DNA of 64,000 nucleotides from Dendrobates tinctorius (GCF_039654945.1 NW_027361775.1:39618001-39682000), one strand, 5' to 3'; numbered from the stretch's first letter, positions 36,176 through 48,150 are shown. Numbers and translations are program-made. Notes: generated from the sequence alone by a model not told the origin.

Positions 36176-39130
36176 GTGTGTTACAAAAATGAGAAATCGC
36201 TGGTTAATTTCTAACCCTTATAACTTCCTAACAAGAAAAAATTTTGGTTCCAAAATTGTGCTGATGTAAAGTAAACATGTGGGAAATGTTACTTATTAAG
36301 TTTTTTGTGTGCCATATCTCTGTGATTTAAGGGCATAAAAATTCAAAGTTGGAAAATTGCGAAATTTTCTAAATTTTCACCAAATTTCCATTTTTTTCAC
36401 AAATAAACGCAAGTTATATGAATGAAATTTTACCACTGGCATGAAGTACAATATGTCATGAGAAAACATTGTCAGAATCACCAGGATCCATGGAAGCGTT
36501 TCAGAGTTATTACCTCATAAAGGGACAGTGGTCAGAATTGTAAAAATTGGCCCGGTCATGAACGTGCAAACCACCGTTGGGGGTAAAGGGAATAATACAG
36601 CAAGGACAGAGGTCAAACATTTTCTGTAAGTCTTCACAAGGTTGGCACACACTGTTGGTGGTATGTTGGCCCATTCCTCCATGCAGATCTCCTCTAGAGC
36701 AGTAACGCTTTGGACGTCACAACAGGGTAGGCAGTCTCTGAATAAGAGTCCCGAAAACAGCACAGAGCTGTGAGCCTCTTAGGAAGTCCAGAACAGTCAA
36801 ATTTACTGCCGCTGCACACAGATAAAATTAGCTGAAGCAGGCCAAGCTTGCATGTCCTAACCAGGCAGGCTGAGGCAGATGCAGAGAACACAAACACACA
36901 ACTTGTTGCAAGTGCAACACTGAGAACTGGAGAGGTTTGCTAGAAAGGCTGAACCAGATCTTCCGGAGAGAAGTAGTCTCTTGCCTCACAGAGCTTGGGA
37001 TTCAAGCATAATTCACAAGTATGGACTGGAAGGCAAACTAAGGTTTTAAAGTAGGGAAGGCAGATCACATGAGCAGGAGCAAGGCAGCAGACACCATCTT
37101 GAAAAAGGGCTATAAAGCACAAAAGATGAACAGGGAATCCAAAGACCTGACTTTACTCCCTCCTTAACAGCGGCATCAGGACAATCCCAGACCTGGTTTC
37201 TTAGGGTATCTTTGATGGAACAGAGTAACCTTCTATGGGGCACAGATGTTAGCCACGGGTTCCCAAGAATCCTCCTCAGGTTGATACCCCTGCCATCTTA
37301 TAAGTTACTGAAGTCGAATTCTGCGAATCCTGGAATCAATTATTTCATCCACTAAGAATTGTTCCTGCCCATCTACCAGTACGGGTTGTTGAGGGGGCAC
37401 AACATGTCCCTGGAAGCTATTAGGGGAGACAGGCTTCAATAGAGAGACATGAAATACTGGGTGTACCTTCATAGTCCTTAGCAGTTTTAGATGGCAGGCA
37501 ACAGAACTCATGATAACGCTGATCTTGGAAGGACCGATGAACTTCTGTCCCAGTTTCTGTGAAGGAATGTTCAGTCTTCGATTCTTAGTGGATAACCTCA
37601 CTGGGTCCTACCTTGAACATGGGTCCAGACTTACAAAATCTATCAGTCGATCTCTTGTATCATTCCTGAGCTGAAGTTAATGATTTTTTAAGAGCTTCTA
37701 GATTCTCCCTCAAAGCACTCAACCTCTCCACTGCTGGAACATCCATCGGAGATCTAATAAAGATGCTAGGATGATAATCTAGATTAGCGAAGAAAGGCGT
37801 TACCCTATTTGAGGCATTCTGAGAATTATTGTAGATATTGCTAGAGGAAGTAGTTCCAGCCAATCATCCTGAAGATGGCAGACGTAGCATCGTAGATATT
37901 GCTCCAAAGTCTGATTGGTTTGCTCGGTTTGACCATTCGTCTGAGGGTGATATGCGGAAGAAAGACGAACATTAATATTAAGTGCAGAACAAAATCCCTT
38001 CCAGAATCCTGAGGTGAATTGTACTCCACGGTCAGTGATAACTTCATCTGGAACCCCATGCAGCTGAAAAATATTCTGTATCACTAAGTTCACAGTCTTC
38101 TTAGCCAAGGGGAGGCCAGCACATGGAACAAAATGAGCAGCCTTAGTCAGACGATCAACCACCACGAGGATCACAGGATCATATTCATGCCACCAGATGT
38201 ATGAAGATCCACAATGAAGTCCATAGAGATTGACTCCCACGGACGAGATGGAACCGGTATTGGTTGAAGTAGACCTGCTTGAGAAGCACAAGGAGTCTTA
38301 TAACAAGCACATACCTCGTAAGAGAGAACATAGTCCTTAGTATCCTTCAGGCAAGTAGACCACCAGAAAAATCGGCTCAGGAATTCTTGTTTCTTCTGTA
38401 CCCCCCTATGACCAGCCAACTTGGAGTCATGTACCAATTTAATGATCTGTAGACGTACGGCCTCAGGAATGTAGAAATGTCGGTCATGGAACCACAAGCC
38501 TCCCTTAAGGACAAGATTAAGATCCACAGGCGGGTTAGCAAGAAATACATCAGTGTCATAGGACTTCTTGATCTCCATCCACATGTATGGATCATGGATT
38601 ACTCCGATGAATTTGGTATCCGATAAAATGGTCTTGGGTGGGGAGCCAGGTACGGAATCCATAGAATGGATTCAGGACAAAGCATCAGCCTTCCCATTAC
38701 GGTAACCTTGATGTTACGAAATAACAAAATTAAATTGGTTTAAAAATAAGTTCCACCGAGCCTGATGTGGGGGCAGACATTTAGCAGATCTGAAGAACTC
38801 TAAATTGTAATGATCAGTCAGCACTACAAACTGTTGTGTGGCCCCTTACAGATGCTGCCTCCATTCCTTAAAGGCCGCAATAATTGCCAGAAGTTCCTTG
38901 TCTCCCATGTTGTAGTTCCTCTCTGCAGGGGTGTCTACAGGAAAAGAAAGCACCAGGATGTTACAGAGCCTTCTCTCCAGTTCTTTGTGAGAGAATGGCT
39001 CCCATCACCCAATCATAAGCGTCCACCTCCACGATGAATGGAAGTGCTGTGTCCAGGTGAAACAAATGACTTAAGCTGATCAGAAGCTTCCTGAGCCTGA
39101 GAAGATCACTTTAAGGATCTCTCCTTCTTA

Positions 39131-39551
39131 GGCTAGTTTCACACTAGTGTATGGAGGAGGTGCGGAGCGATGCAGACTTCCTCAGTGAAGCTCCACCCCC
39201 TGCCGCGCCTCCTCCGTTCAGCTCCGCCTATGTCGGCATACGGCCTGCGTACCCTATCTTTAGCATTGGGTGCGCTGTATGCAGATGCCTCCGCTTGTGT
39301 CATTTTGATGGTGCGGCGACCTGTGCCGAATGCATGTTGCATTTTGGTTCGGTCGCTGCACCATCAAAACGACACATGCGGAGGCATCTGCATGCATTGG
39401 CATGGTCTGCGTACCCAATGCTAAAGATAGGGTACACAGGCCGCATGCCGACATAGGCGGAGCTGAACGGAAAAGGCGCCAGGGGGCGGAGCTTCACAAA
39501 GGAAGTCTGCATCCCTCGACAGCTTCTCCATGCGCTAGTGTGACACTAGCC
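39131..39551. mobile_element. Harbinger/Tourist-type MITE (421 bp, palindromic)
   Basis: TIRs GGCTAGTTTCACACTAG / CTAGTGTGACACTAGCC, TSD TTA (39128-39130 and 39552-39554), long internal inverted arms. Interrupts Gypsy pol. Confidence 0.93.
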
Positions 39552-39712
39552 TTAGTCAGAGAAGTGATGGGATGGACAATCTCTGAAAAGTTTAGAATGA
39601 AACGTCTATAAAAATTTGCAAAGCTGATAAAGGGCTGAACTTCTTTAACATTCTTAGGCAACGTCCAATCAAGGATTGCTTGAATCTTACCGGATTCCAT
39701 GTTTAGCCCCTG

Positions 39713-40087
39713 ATTCACTAGTAGGATTTTTTATGGATTAAAACGTGCGCTGCCAGACCATCACTCCTCACAAGTTGTGTACTTAATATATTTATTTCCC
39801 AACGCGTTTCGAGGTCATAAAACCTCTTCCTGCGTTGGGAAATAAATATATTAAGTACACAACTTGTGAGGAGTGATGGTCTGGCAGCGCACGTTTTAAT
39901 CCATAAAAAATCCTACTAGTGAATCTGAAGATTTATGGCCACAGCGTGGTCATTTGGATGTGCAGCAAGCTGACCGCGTTTCTTTATGCCTGTTACTCTC
40001 CTATATACGGTGAGTATAAATTATTGTTTGATATCTTGGTTTTCTCAGATAAGACCCTATTGCGCTTTTTTCCTTGCAGTTTCAATT
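39713..40087. mobile_element. Penelope-pLTR / retrozyme-like insertion with 5' inversion and partial minimal hammerhead ribozyme
   Basis: 14-bp TSD ATGTTTAGCCCCTG (39699-39712 and 40088-40101). Perfect 94-bp inverted arms at 39712-39805 and 39832-39925. The minus strand reads AGGA-A-GAGGT TTTATG ACCTC-GAAACGCGTT-GGGA. Confidence 0.8.
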
Positions 40088-40959
40088 ATGTTTAGCCCCT
40101 GGGGAGAGATGACAAACCTAAGAATTGAATCTCAGAACGCTGACACTCATACTTCTCCGGCTTGATATAAAGATGGTTCTCTTGCAAACGCCTCAAAACC
40201 AATTTGACGTGTTCTTGATGTTCCTGTAGAGCGTCAGAAAAAATTAAAATGTCGTCCAGATAGATCACAACAAACTGTTCCAGTAAATCTCTAAAAATAT
40301 TTTTGGCAAGTTGTTGAAAAGTTGCATGAGCATTGCACAGCCCAAAAGGAATCACCAAGTATCCAAAATGTCCATACCGACATCTGAATGCCGTCTTCCA
40401 TTCATCACATGGACAGATACGTATTAGACTATACATCCCGTGAAGATCCAGTTTAGAGAATACTTTGGCATGATGGATACTCTCCAATAATTCTGGAATC
40501 AAAGGCAAAGGATACCAATTTTGAATGGTCAACTTATTGAGTTCCCGATAATCGATACAGGGTCTTAAGGTCCCATCCTTCTTTTTTACAAAAAAGATAG
40601 GCACCCCTGCTGGTGAGAAAGAAGGACATATAAAGCACTTGGCCAAATTTTCATCTCTATACTCCTTCAAAGCTTGGAGCTCAGGAGCCGCCAACGGATG
40701 TACGTTACTTAAAGGAATCGCTGCCCTTGGATGCAACTTAATAGGACAATCATAATGCCTCTGTGGAGGAAGCTGATCTGCTTTCTTCTTATTACAGATG
40801 TCAGAGAATTCCTTGTATTCAGAAGGTAAAGTAAATACCGGTTAAGGAGTTTCCGAATCAAGGGACTTCAGAACAGTTTCCATTAATACTGAATCACTCC
40901 TTATTGGAAATGTAATGTCTTTGGTCTCCCAGTTGATAGTTGTCATTGAGCATAGAAAT

Positions 40960-41850
40960 GAGAAATACAAGTGTCCTTTTTTGGGCATGGTACATTGATG
41001 TACTCTTTTGTTGGTAGGGCACCTTGGAATCACTTGTATCTTTCATTTCTATGCTCAATGACAACAGTTTTAATATCCACTTGACGCACTTTGCTCATTC
41101 TACCTCAATTGATTTGCTTGATTTCAGTATTAAACGTGATGCAAATAATACTATACAAATGGACATATTTCGCAAACCTACTTCTGTCAATTCATTATTA
41201 CATGCCACATCTGCTCATCCATCTTCTGCAATCAAATCAGTCCAAACTGGTCAATTTCTCCAGCTGAGGAGAATCTGCTCGTCTAACGAGGATTTTGAAA
41301 AACAAGCACAAGACCTAAGGTCCAGACTTCATGATCGTGGCTACAGCCACCGTATGGTCAAGAGACCTTATTATAGAGCTAAATATTCATCACGTAATGA
41401 ACTACTCTATTCAACTAAAGTATCTGATGAAAATAACTGAGTGAGGTTCTTTACTAAGTATAACGCTCAGGCGGACATTATGAGACAATGTCTTGCCTAG
41501 TCATGGCCCATCTTATGTGCAGACCCCACTCTGGCTATTTATTTACCTGATAAGCCCCAAATCATATTTCGCCATGCTAAAAGTCACTATGTGGCAACCC
41601 CTACAACTACATTTTTGGATAACTTTCCCTCTCCGGACACAGGCTGCTCCCCATGTGGCAGCTGTGTTGCTTGTCCGAATGAGGAACGCACAAGTACTTT
41701 TTTTAACCATGATGGCACTCGGACATATAAGATCAGACATCATATCATATGTACTTCTAAAGCAGTTGTCTATTTTGCTACCTGTCCGTGCCACATAATA
41801 TATGTCTTACCACAAGACAACTTAAAGTACATATTCGGGAACATGTCACA
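40960..41850 (+). pseudogene. Penelope-like element RT C-terminus, Cys-rich linker and GIY-YIG start (Neptune-type), degraded
   Basis: WYID relic at ~40985; DIFRKPTSVNSLLHATSAHP..TGQFLQLRRICS..RGYS (PLE thumb); GCSPCGSCVAC..YKIRHHIICTSKAVVYFATCPCHIIYV..TTRQLK..IREH. Confidence 0.88.
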
Positions 41851-43117
41851 AACTGACACAGCGCGAGACTAAATGGTTCTGGACCTTGAACACAGTCCAC
41901 CCGCTTGGTCTTAATGAGTCTTACTGAAAACAATAGTTTTGCTTCTTTTCTCTGATGACTGTGTTCTTAGGTTGGGTTTTTCATTTTTTATTTTTCATTA
42001 TTATTTTTTATTTTTTAGTTTTATATATTTTAAATTAAATGTTTTTATTCTATTATATTGTATCATTTTTATCATATTATACATATTCTTTTAGGTGTGT
42101 CAATGATATGCTACTTACCTGGTTTCTAGTTTCTTATTTCTTTCCTCTATTATATTTTTTCAGTATACCGGTTGTATATCACTCTGTGTGACCTATGGAG
42201 GCATCTGGAGGTTGCCGATCTATGGATCCATATCTTCTTCCCTAAATAAATATTGAATACCCAGGCTGAAACAAAGAAAGAATAGAATTACTATTAATTT
42301 TCTATTCCTCACTTTATCAATCATACTATTTTTATTAGTATATATTGTGTTTCTTGTATGTCATTGTTTGTGCTTTGCACTCATGCACTATTTCCCCTTC
42401 ATAATGTTATATTTATTATTTATATATTTGTGCTTGCTATTTACTTTTTATATTCTTTATATGTTACCATTTCCCCTTCACAATGTCACTGATATTATCT
42501 ACTTATTGGTGCCCTGCACATTTTTTGTATTTTCTTTATATTTATTTTTTATTTTTTATATTATATATTCTCACTATAATTTTTACACTTCTTTGTTTCA
42601 TTTGCCCCTCATTCTTATATACTTCCCATACACTACAGTATTTATTCATATAGCTATTTTTTGTTTACTCTCCAGCTTGTGGATCGCGGTGCACGTGTGT
42701 GGCAGAGTCGCTTTGGGTCCTCCTCGTTTGGCCGCGTCTCCATGTGTCCTGGTGCGGTCATGTGACGTCCGTTGCCTGGAATATATGACGCGTCCTTCCT
42801 GGTTGCCTCTCTCCTCAACCCGGCCTCCCCGACTCAATTGTCTGGGATGCTTTGTTGGCCGCTTCGCTGTGCCTGACACTGCTGGACCACCTGACCTGTA
42901 ACGTGTTGCGGTGCTTCCAGTGACGTGGAGTAGTCTCCTAGGTGTTGCAGCATTATTGATCTAACCATCACATCCATTACTCCTATTGACTTCTGTACAC
43001 CACTATATCATTAATACAGTAACTATGCCCCCTACATTTCTTTTGGCACACTTCTACACACCATCTCTTTTGATTGGCCTATTTGTGCATTTATACTTCC
43101 AGACTCCTAATGATGCT

Positions 43118-43160
43118 ACCTCCTGATGAAGGCAGCGTGCCGAAACGCACGTTGGAGAGG
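43118..43160 (+). ncRNA. Minimal type I hammerhead ribozyme-like motif in the PLE 3'/pLTR region
   Basis: CTGATGA (43123-43129), A, GGCA gcg TGCC stem II, GAAA, CG ca CG T T, GGAG. Stem I is imperfect. Lies downstream of the PLE ORF on the same strand. Confidence 0.65.
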
Positions 43161-43482
43161 ACGCCATCCAGGAGACTGAGACCTCAGTAGCAGTGTAAGT
43201 TATACCCAACTCTGGCTTGACTTCTTTTATATTTTGTACATGGTCTCTTTCTTTTGGTTTCTCGATACACATGTATACATGATATGTACACACTGACACC
43301 TATTGGTGTTTGGTTGCACTGGCACCTTATTTTCTTTACATCTATGCACTTTGTAGACAGATAACACTGTATGAATGCTCTGAGTCATTTTGACTACTTA
43401 TTTTTTTTATTATCTTTTTACCGTATTTTTTACCACACTTATACCTCAAATTCTGCCTTGGTGTTATCATATGTATTATTCA

Positions 43483-44239
43483 TAGGGATGAGTGAGTACT
43501 GAAGTATTCGGACTCACTATACTCATACCGAGTATACCGTAATACTCGGGTGTTTGGTACGATTAACAAGTCCAATGATAGTCAATGGAAAATGCGAGTA
43601 ATTGTCTGCTGGACCCTACAAAACAGTCATCACACAAGACAGCGGTGCTGCCACTAAAAAATTGCCCTGAGGTTTAAGGCGAGATTACGCACCCCAGTCA
43701 CCACACAAGACAGCAGTGCTGGCTCCGTGTCAGTTGTGCAGTACCGTGCGTCCTATTCGCTGTTAACACAGCACCGCAACAGCACAAAAAATCTGCCCTG
43801 CAGGGGTACATGTGACCCCAAAAATAGCAGGGAAAACTGTCACTACTCAGTCCTTGACCTTATACTTTCAGCTCTGAAAATAGCTTTTGGGTTTTACAGA
43901 GGATTTCTGGATGATTTGCAGAAACAAACACAAACTCTCCCTAGCAGCTGCTCACACTCTCCCTACACTAGCTGTGTTCTGCATGCAATGTGCAGAACAT
44001 GGTGGAGGCAGGGCTTATATACAGCCAGGCTATGATGACTCATTGGCTATGACGCTGGGCTGCCAGCCAATCATAGTAATGCCGCTCACAACCAAGAAGG
44101 CTGCAGAATTGGCAAATGCTGGGCTGGAGATCCGAGTAGTGTGAGACGAGTAGTGAAATACTCACTATGTTCCGAGTACCGCGAGTACTTCACTACTCGC
44201 CGAGTACAGAATACCCACGATTATGCTCGCTCATCCCTA
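43483..44239. mobile_element. hAT-type MITE (757 bp)
   Basis: TIRs TAGGGATGAGTGAG / CTCGCTCATCCCTA and perfect 8-bp TSD ATTATTCA (43475-43482 and 44240-44247). Confidence 0.92.
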
Positions 44240-44634
44240 ATTATTCATTAACACATACAATTAAATGCTTGATACCTTGTACTTCAACATTCATTTCTAT
44301 TGCTAGATGTAGGGTCCCTATTTTTAACATTTGTATTTTACTTCTGCATTGGTCTTTTTTCTGCTATATTTTTACCTGATCAATTAATAAGCTATATGTG
44401 TTTTAAGATTTAACATCTTGGACTACATGATCGGTTTTTCTTCGGTTGCTCAGTTCTCTTTTGCAATTTTCCAACTCTCCATTGTTTTTTCACTAGGTCC
44501 ATACACGTTGGCAGCAGTGACACCACTCCTATTTTCACTCTACCTCACTTTATGCACTATTAGTGGATTCACCATTGAATATATATTCCCTGCTACCAAT
44601 TAGCATTCCTTTATTTTTGTTTTGCTTCTCCAAC

Positions 44635-45900
44635 AAAATGACAAGAGGTACAGTCTCCTGATCAACAGGCCCAGAGATTAAAGCTGACCCATCCACCGTC
44701 TCCATGGCAATTGGAGAGGCTCTATGCTGAATCTCTATAATGTGTTCCTTGGCAAATGCAATATCCATAAAATTACCCCCTGCGCCAGAATCAATCATGG
44801 CTGCACTAGAGATCCATTGTCCAGAACACAAGATCTTAATAGGGAGTGAACAGTGAGAGTTCTTTTCCTTCTGCTCCCTGGAAGGAGTAGTCATAGAGTG
44901 AGAATGGAATACAGCATTCAACGGTAGGCTAAATTCAGAGACATCTGATTCATCATCACAGTTATCATATTCCCCTACCGCTATTAGGCCGCTTGAGACA
45001 GTTGATTAGTAAGTTGTCTGACTGGCCACAATAGAAGCATTGACTTTCCCGGAGGTGGTGCTCCCAGCGTTCATTACTCTCATGTCTCTGCATTGAGTCA
45101 ATTTGCATAGGCACTACCTTTGTCTCCCAAGTTGTTTTACCTGCAGATTCTTTGGGAGGTAGGGAAAAGTTAGACAGACGATTAAATACCGCCAATTTCT
45201 CCTGTCTACGCTTAGTAAGGCGAATGTCTATGCGTACACAATGTTGAATAAATATTACTAGCTCTTGTGGAGAGCTAGCTCTTTCTTTATAATGCTAGAC
45301 AGACCTCTCCTAAAGATGGGCAATTAGGCATAAAAATCCCTTCTAAAATCAGTGCCATATTCAATAACTGAACGTTTACCCTGGCGTAAGGACAGTAAGG
45401 TGGTCGCAGCAGAGTCGTGGCGGTTAGTGTCATCAAACATTAATGCCATAGCAGCCAAAAAATTATCCAATACATTTAGATGTGGATCATGCCCAGGCAA
45501 GTGCACTTGATGTCAATAACATGATGATACATAGCACCTTAGATTGATCAGTGTGAAAGCGGTCAGCGTGCACATCAAAATACAACATACACTGATTTAC
45601 AAAACCATTAAATTTGTCGTGATTGCCATTGTATCGGAATGATGGCAGCTAGGTGGACTGGCTGCCTGTGGTTGCCCAGGAGGTGAGGCCACTCATGTCA
45701 CCATCTGTTCACTTAAGTCCTGAAAGGCCTGTCCATAATGGGTCTCAATGCTTTTAGCTTTGTTTTCCTGAGTGGCCATTTGAGTACTTCGATCCTGCAG
45801 AGTCTTTCCAAACACCTGCTGATTACGTTCCAAGCCTCCTAACTTGCTTTGCAGACCCTCCACATCTTCTTGCAGAGATCTAATCATGGAAAACAACTGT
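44635..45900 (-). pseudogene. Gypsy gag, zinc knuckle and aspartic protease relic
   Basis: Protease AMIDSGAGGNFMD; CFYCGQSDNLLINC knuckle; gag LLSLRQGKRSVIEY; coiled-coil-like N-terminus. Confidence 0.88.
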
Positions 45901-45954
45901 TCTAATTTAGGCTTAGCAGCAATTGTCTCAGCAGCTTATTTGGCTTCTGTATCC

Positions 45955-46539
45955 TGTAACAATTTTAGTGGAACACTCAGGAACCTCTTGGCTTCAGACA
46001 AACGAGTCAACTGAACAAGAGTACGGTAACAAGTATGTATTACACAAATAAATGTAGGTATAGCAAGTGAGCAACAGTCAAGAATAAACTGCAAGCAGGG
46101 AGATAATAGAAGTAGTTCATATGCAGTACTGCTGCAAGTATAGTCTCTTGGGAGAGACACACACTAGGGAATGCTGATAATAAGACACAGTTCACAACAG
46201 GGCAGCCAGTCTCTGAGCTCTGAGTAATAGTCCTGAAAACAGTGCAGAGCTGTAAGCCTATAAGATGTCAAGAACAGTCAAATACACTGCCACTGTACAC
46301 AGACAAAATTAGCTGAAGCAAGTCGAGCTTATGTGTTACACCAGATCTTCTGGAGAGGAGCAGTCTCTTGCAGCACAGAGCCTGGGATTCAATCAGAATT
46401 CACAAGCATGGACTGTAAGGCAAACTAGAGTTATAAAGCAGGAAAGGTGGATCACATGAGCAGGAGGGAGGCAGCAGATGCAATCTTGGAAAAGGGCTAT
46501 AAAGCACAAAAGATTGACAGGGAATCAAGAATCCTGACA
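45955..46539 (-). repeat. 5' LTR of the Gypsy element
   Basis: TGTAAC...CTGACA termini. 46190-46539 aligns, with substantial divergence, to 36716-37152. Confidence 0.85.
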
Positions 46540-47253
46540 CTTATTGTGGTTGCATGGACTAGTACTTCAGTCTTTGCTTGGGAACTGTGCAGCATCTTCA
46601 GGGTTACCTTTGGTCTCTGTGGTGCTTCTCTAATTAATGACCTACATGCCCCGGCTGAGAGTTTTGATGGGAGATCCTCTCTTGGTAGGTTTGTTATGGT
46701 TCCATGTTCTTTCCATTTGATAATGGAATTGATGGTGCTCCAGGGGATCATCAGAGATTGGAATTTTCTTTGTATTTTGTAACCCAACCTTGACTTGTAC
46801 TTCTGTACTCCTTAACGGCTTTGTCTCTGAAGTGTTTGGAGATGTCCTTCATCTTTATGGTGTTGTTTGGATAGTGGTGCCTCTTGCTTCATGATGTTGG
46901 AGCCTCTATGGCTTTTCAATAAAAGTTTTGTATATACTGACAGACCATGTGACACAGGTAGACTTTCTTACACTAAGCACGTGACTTATGAAGTTAATTG
47001 CGTGCACCAGAAATTTTTAGGGCCTTTATCACATAAAAGATGAAGACATATGCACATGCCAATTTTTAGTTATTTGATCACATAAATTTAATCCCATAAA
47101 TTTGATTTATACCTATATTTTTCTCACTTAACTTCACCGCTTAGACTATTTAGTGGTGATACACCACACACGAATCGGATTACAAAAACCCAAATTGTTT
47201 TGTGACAAAATAAGTAAAAAGCCAAGGGGGGTTAATACCTTAACAAGCCACTG
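46540..47253 (-). mobile_element. Tc1 5'-half relic (different family from the 15787 element)
   Basis: TA-CAGTGGCTTG TIR at 47253. GYKI..IPWSTINSIIKWKEHGTITNLPR..PSKLS..RSLIREA..RPKVTL HTH region, cut by the Gypsy LTR. Confidence 0.85.
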
Positions 47254-47879
47254 TACAACAATAATTATCACTGGCTTGCCAGCGCCCAAGCCTTCATTGT
47301 GCTGCAATTCCAACAGCACTCAGAGTTGACTAGCAGAATCAACGGTGCAGTATGCAAACAGTAATAATGATTTTTTTTAATCCAAAATTTACCCTCTAGC
47401 TGCAGGGATGTTAAACGCTAATACACAGAGGACCAAAATTAATAGGTTGGACAAAGTCGCGGGCCGTCCGTGATATTTATTGAAAAAAGTTCTACAATCG
47501 AGGCAGTTTTTCATTGAATATAAACCTTTTCAGACGGAAACAAACTTGAAGGTGTTGTCCTACGAACAAAGCACATTTTAATTGAGTTTAGAACTAAATA
47601 TTGGAAAAATATAACATGTTATGTAAGAGTAGTAAAAAGCATGTGGCCCAATAGCTTAATTTAAATATGTAATAACAAAAAAATTGAAAAAACTTGAAAT
47701 AATGCAAATAATAAAGTATGAAAAACAAAAGTGCCTCCCAAGTGCAGTAATATTCCCCCTCAGTCAATTCCTCCACAGTACACTCCACACGCATGGTATG
47801 ATGACCCTACTGTACCCCCCCCAAACAACCATCCCCAGTAATGTTTAGTGACACAATCACAGTATGATTATCCAGCTGT

Positions 47880-48150
47880 AATTCCCACATAGCCCAACAC
47901 ACATTATAAATGATCCCACATAGTCCTCCATTCAGTATGACTGACCTCAAATAGTCCTCCATACAGTATAATGGGCCCCACACAGTCCTCTATTCAGTAT
48001 GACTGACCCCAAATAGTCCTCCATACAGTCTAATGGGCCCCACATAGTCCTCCATACAGTATAATGGCCCCACATAGTCCTCCACACAGTTTGATGGGAC
48101 CTATATTGCCTTCCATACAGTATAATGGCCCCTATATAGTACTCCAGGAT
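47880..48150. repeat. ~30-bp minisatellite
   Basis: ATAGTCCTCCATACAGTATAATGGGCCCCAC, about 8 degenerate copies. Confidence 0.85.

Larger units (their letters stand above)
32481..36591 (+). mobile_element. Non-autonomous TTAA-targeting (piggyBac-like) element, ~4.1 kb
   Basis: Starts TTAA|CCCCTTT and ends AAAGGGA|ATAA (degenerate). Colinear with 58938-64000 and 7139-8070. No transposase. Confidence 0.88.
31417..36705 (-). mobile_element. Tc1 3'-end fragment, interrupted by nested insertions
   Basis: TA-CAGTG TIR at 31417, similar to the 15787 element. The transposase C-terminus is split between 31615-31658 and 36600-36705 ([32 protein letters not shown]). Confidence 0.85.
37190..40945 (-). 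pseudogene. Gypsy pol relic: RT, RNase H, integrase, chromodomain
   Basis: RT: PIFFVKKKDGTLRPCIDYRELN, KLDL, PFGLCNA, VVIYLDDIL. INT: HDSKLAGH, PWESISMDFI, TDRGVQFTS, SSAYHPQTNGQTE, GPY/F-like FIGP..VHPVFHVSLLKP. Chromodomain: FLVDEIIDSR..WQGY..EDSWEP. Many frameshifts and two nested insertions. Confidence 0.92.
36716..46539 (-). mobile_element. Degraded chromoviral Ty3/Gypsy LTR retrotransposon
   Basis: 5' LTR 45955-46539 (TG..CA), truncated homologous 3' LTR ~36716-37152, PPT GGAGGGAGTAA adjacent to it. Order on the minus strand is gag-PR-RT-RH-INT-chromodomain. Confidence 0.92.

Noticed and set aside
42347-42901. 184-aa hydrophobic membrane-protein-like ORF
   Set aside because: A translation of T-rich low-complexity sequence with a non-ATG start and no domain.
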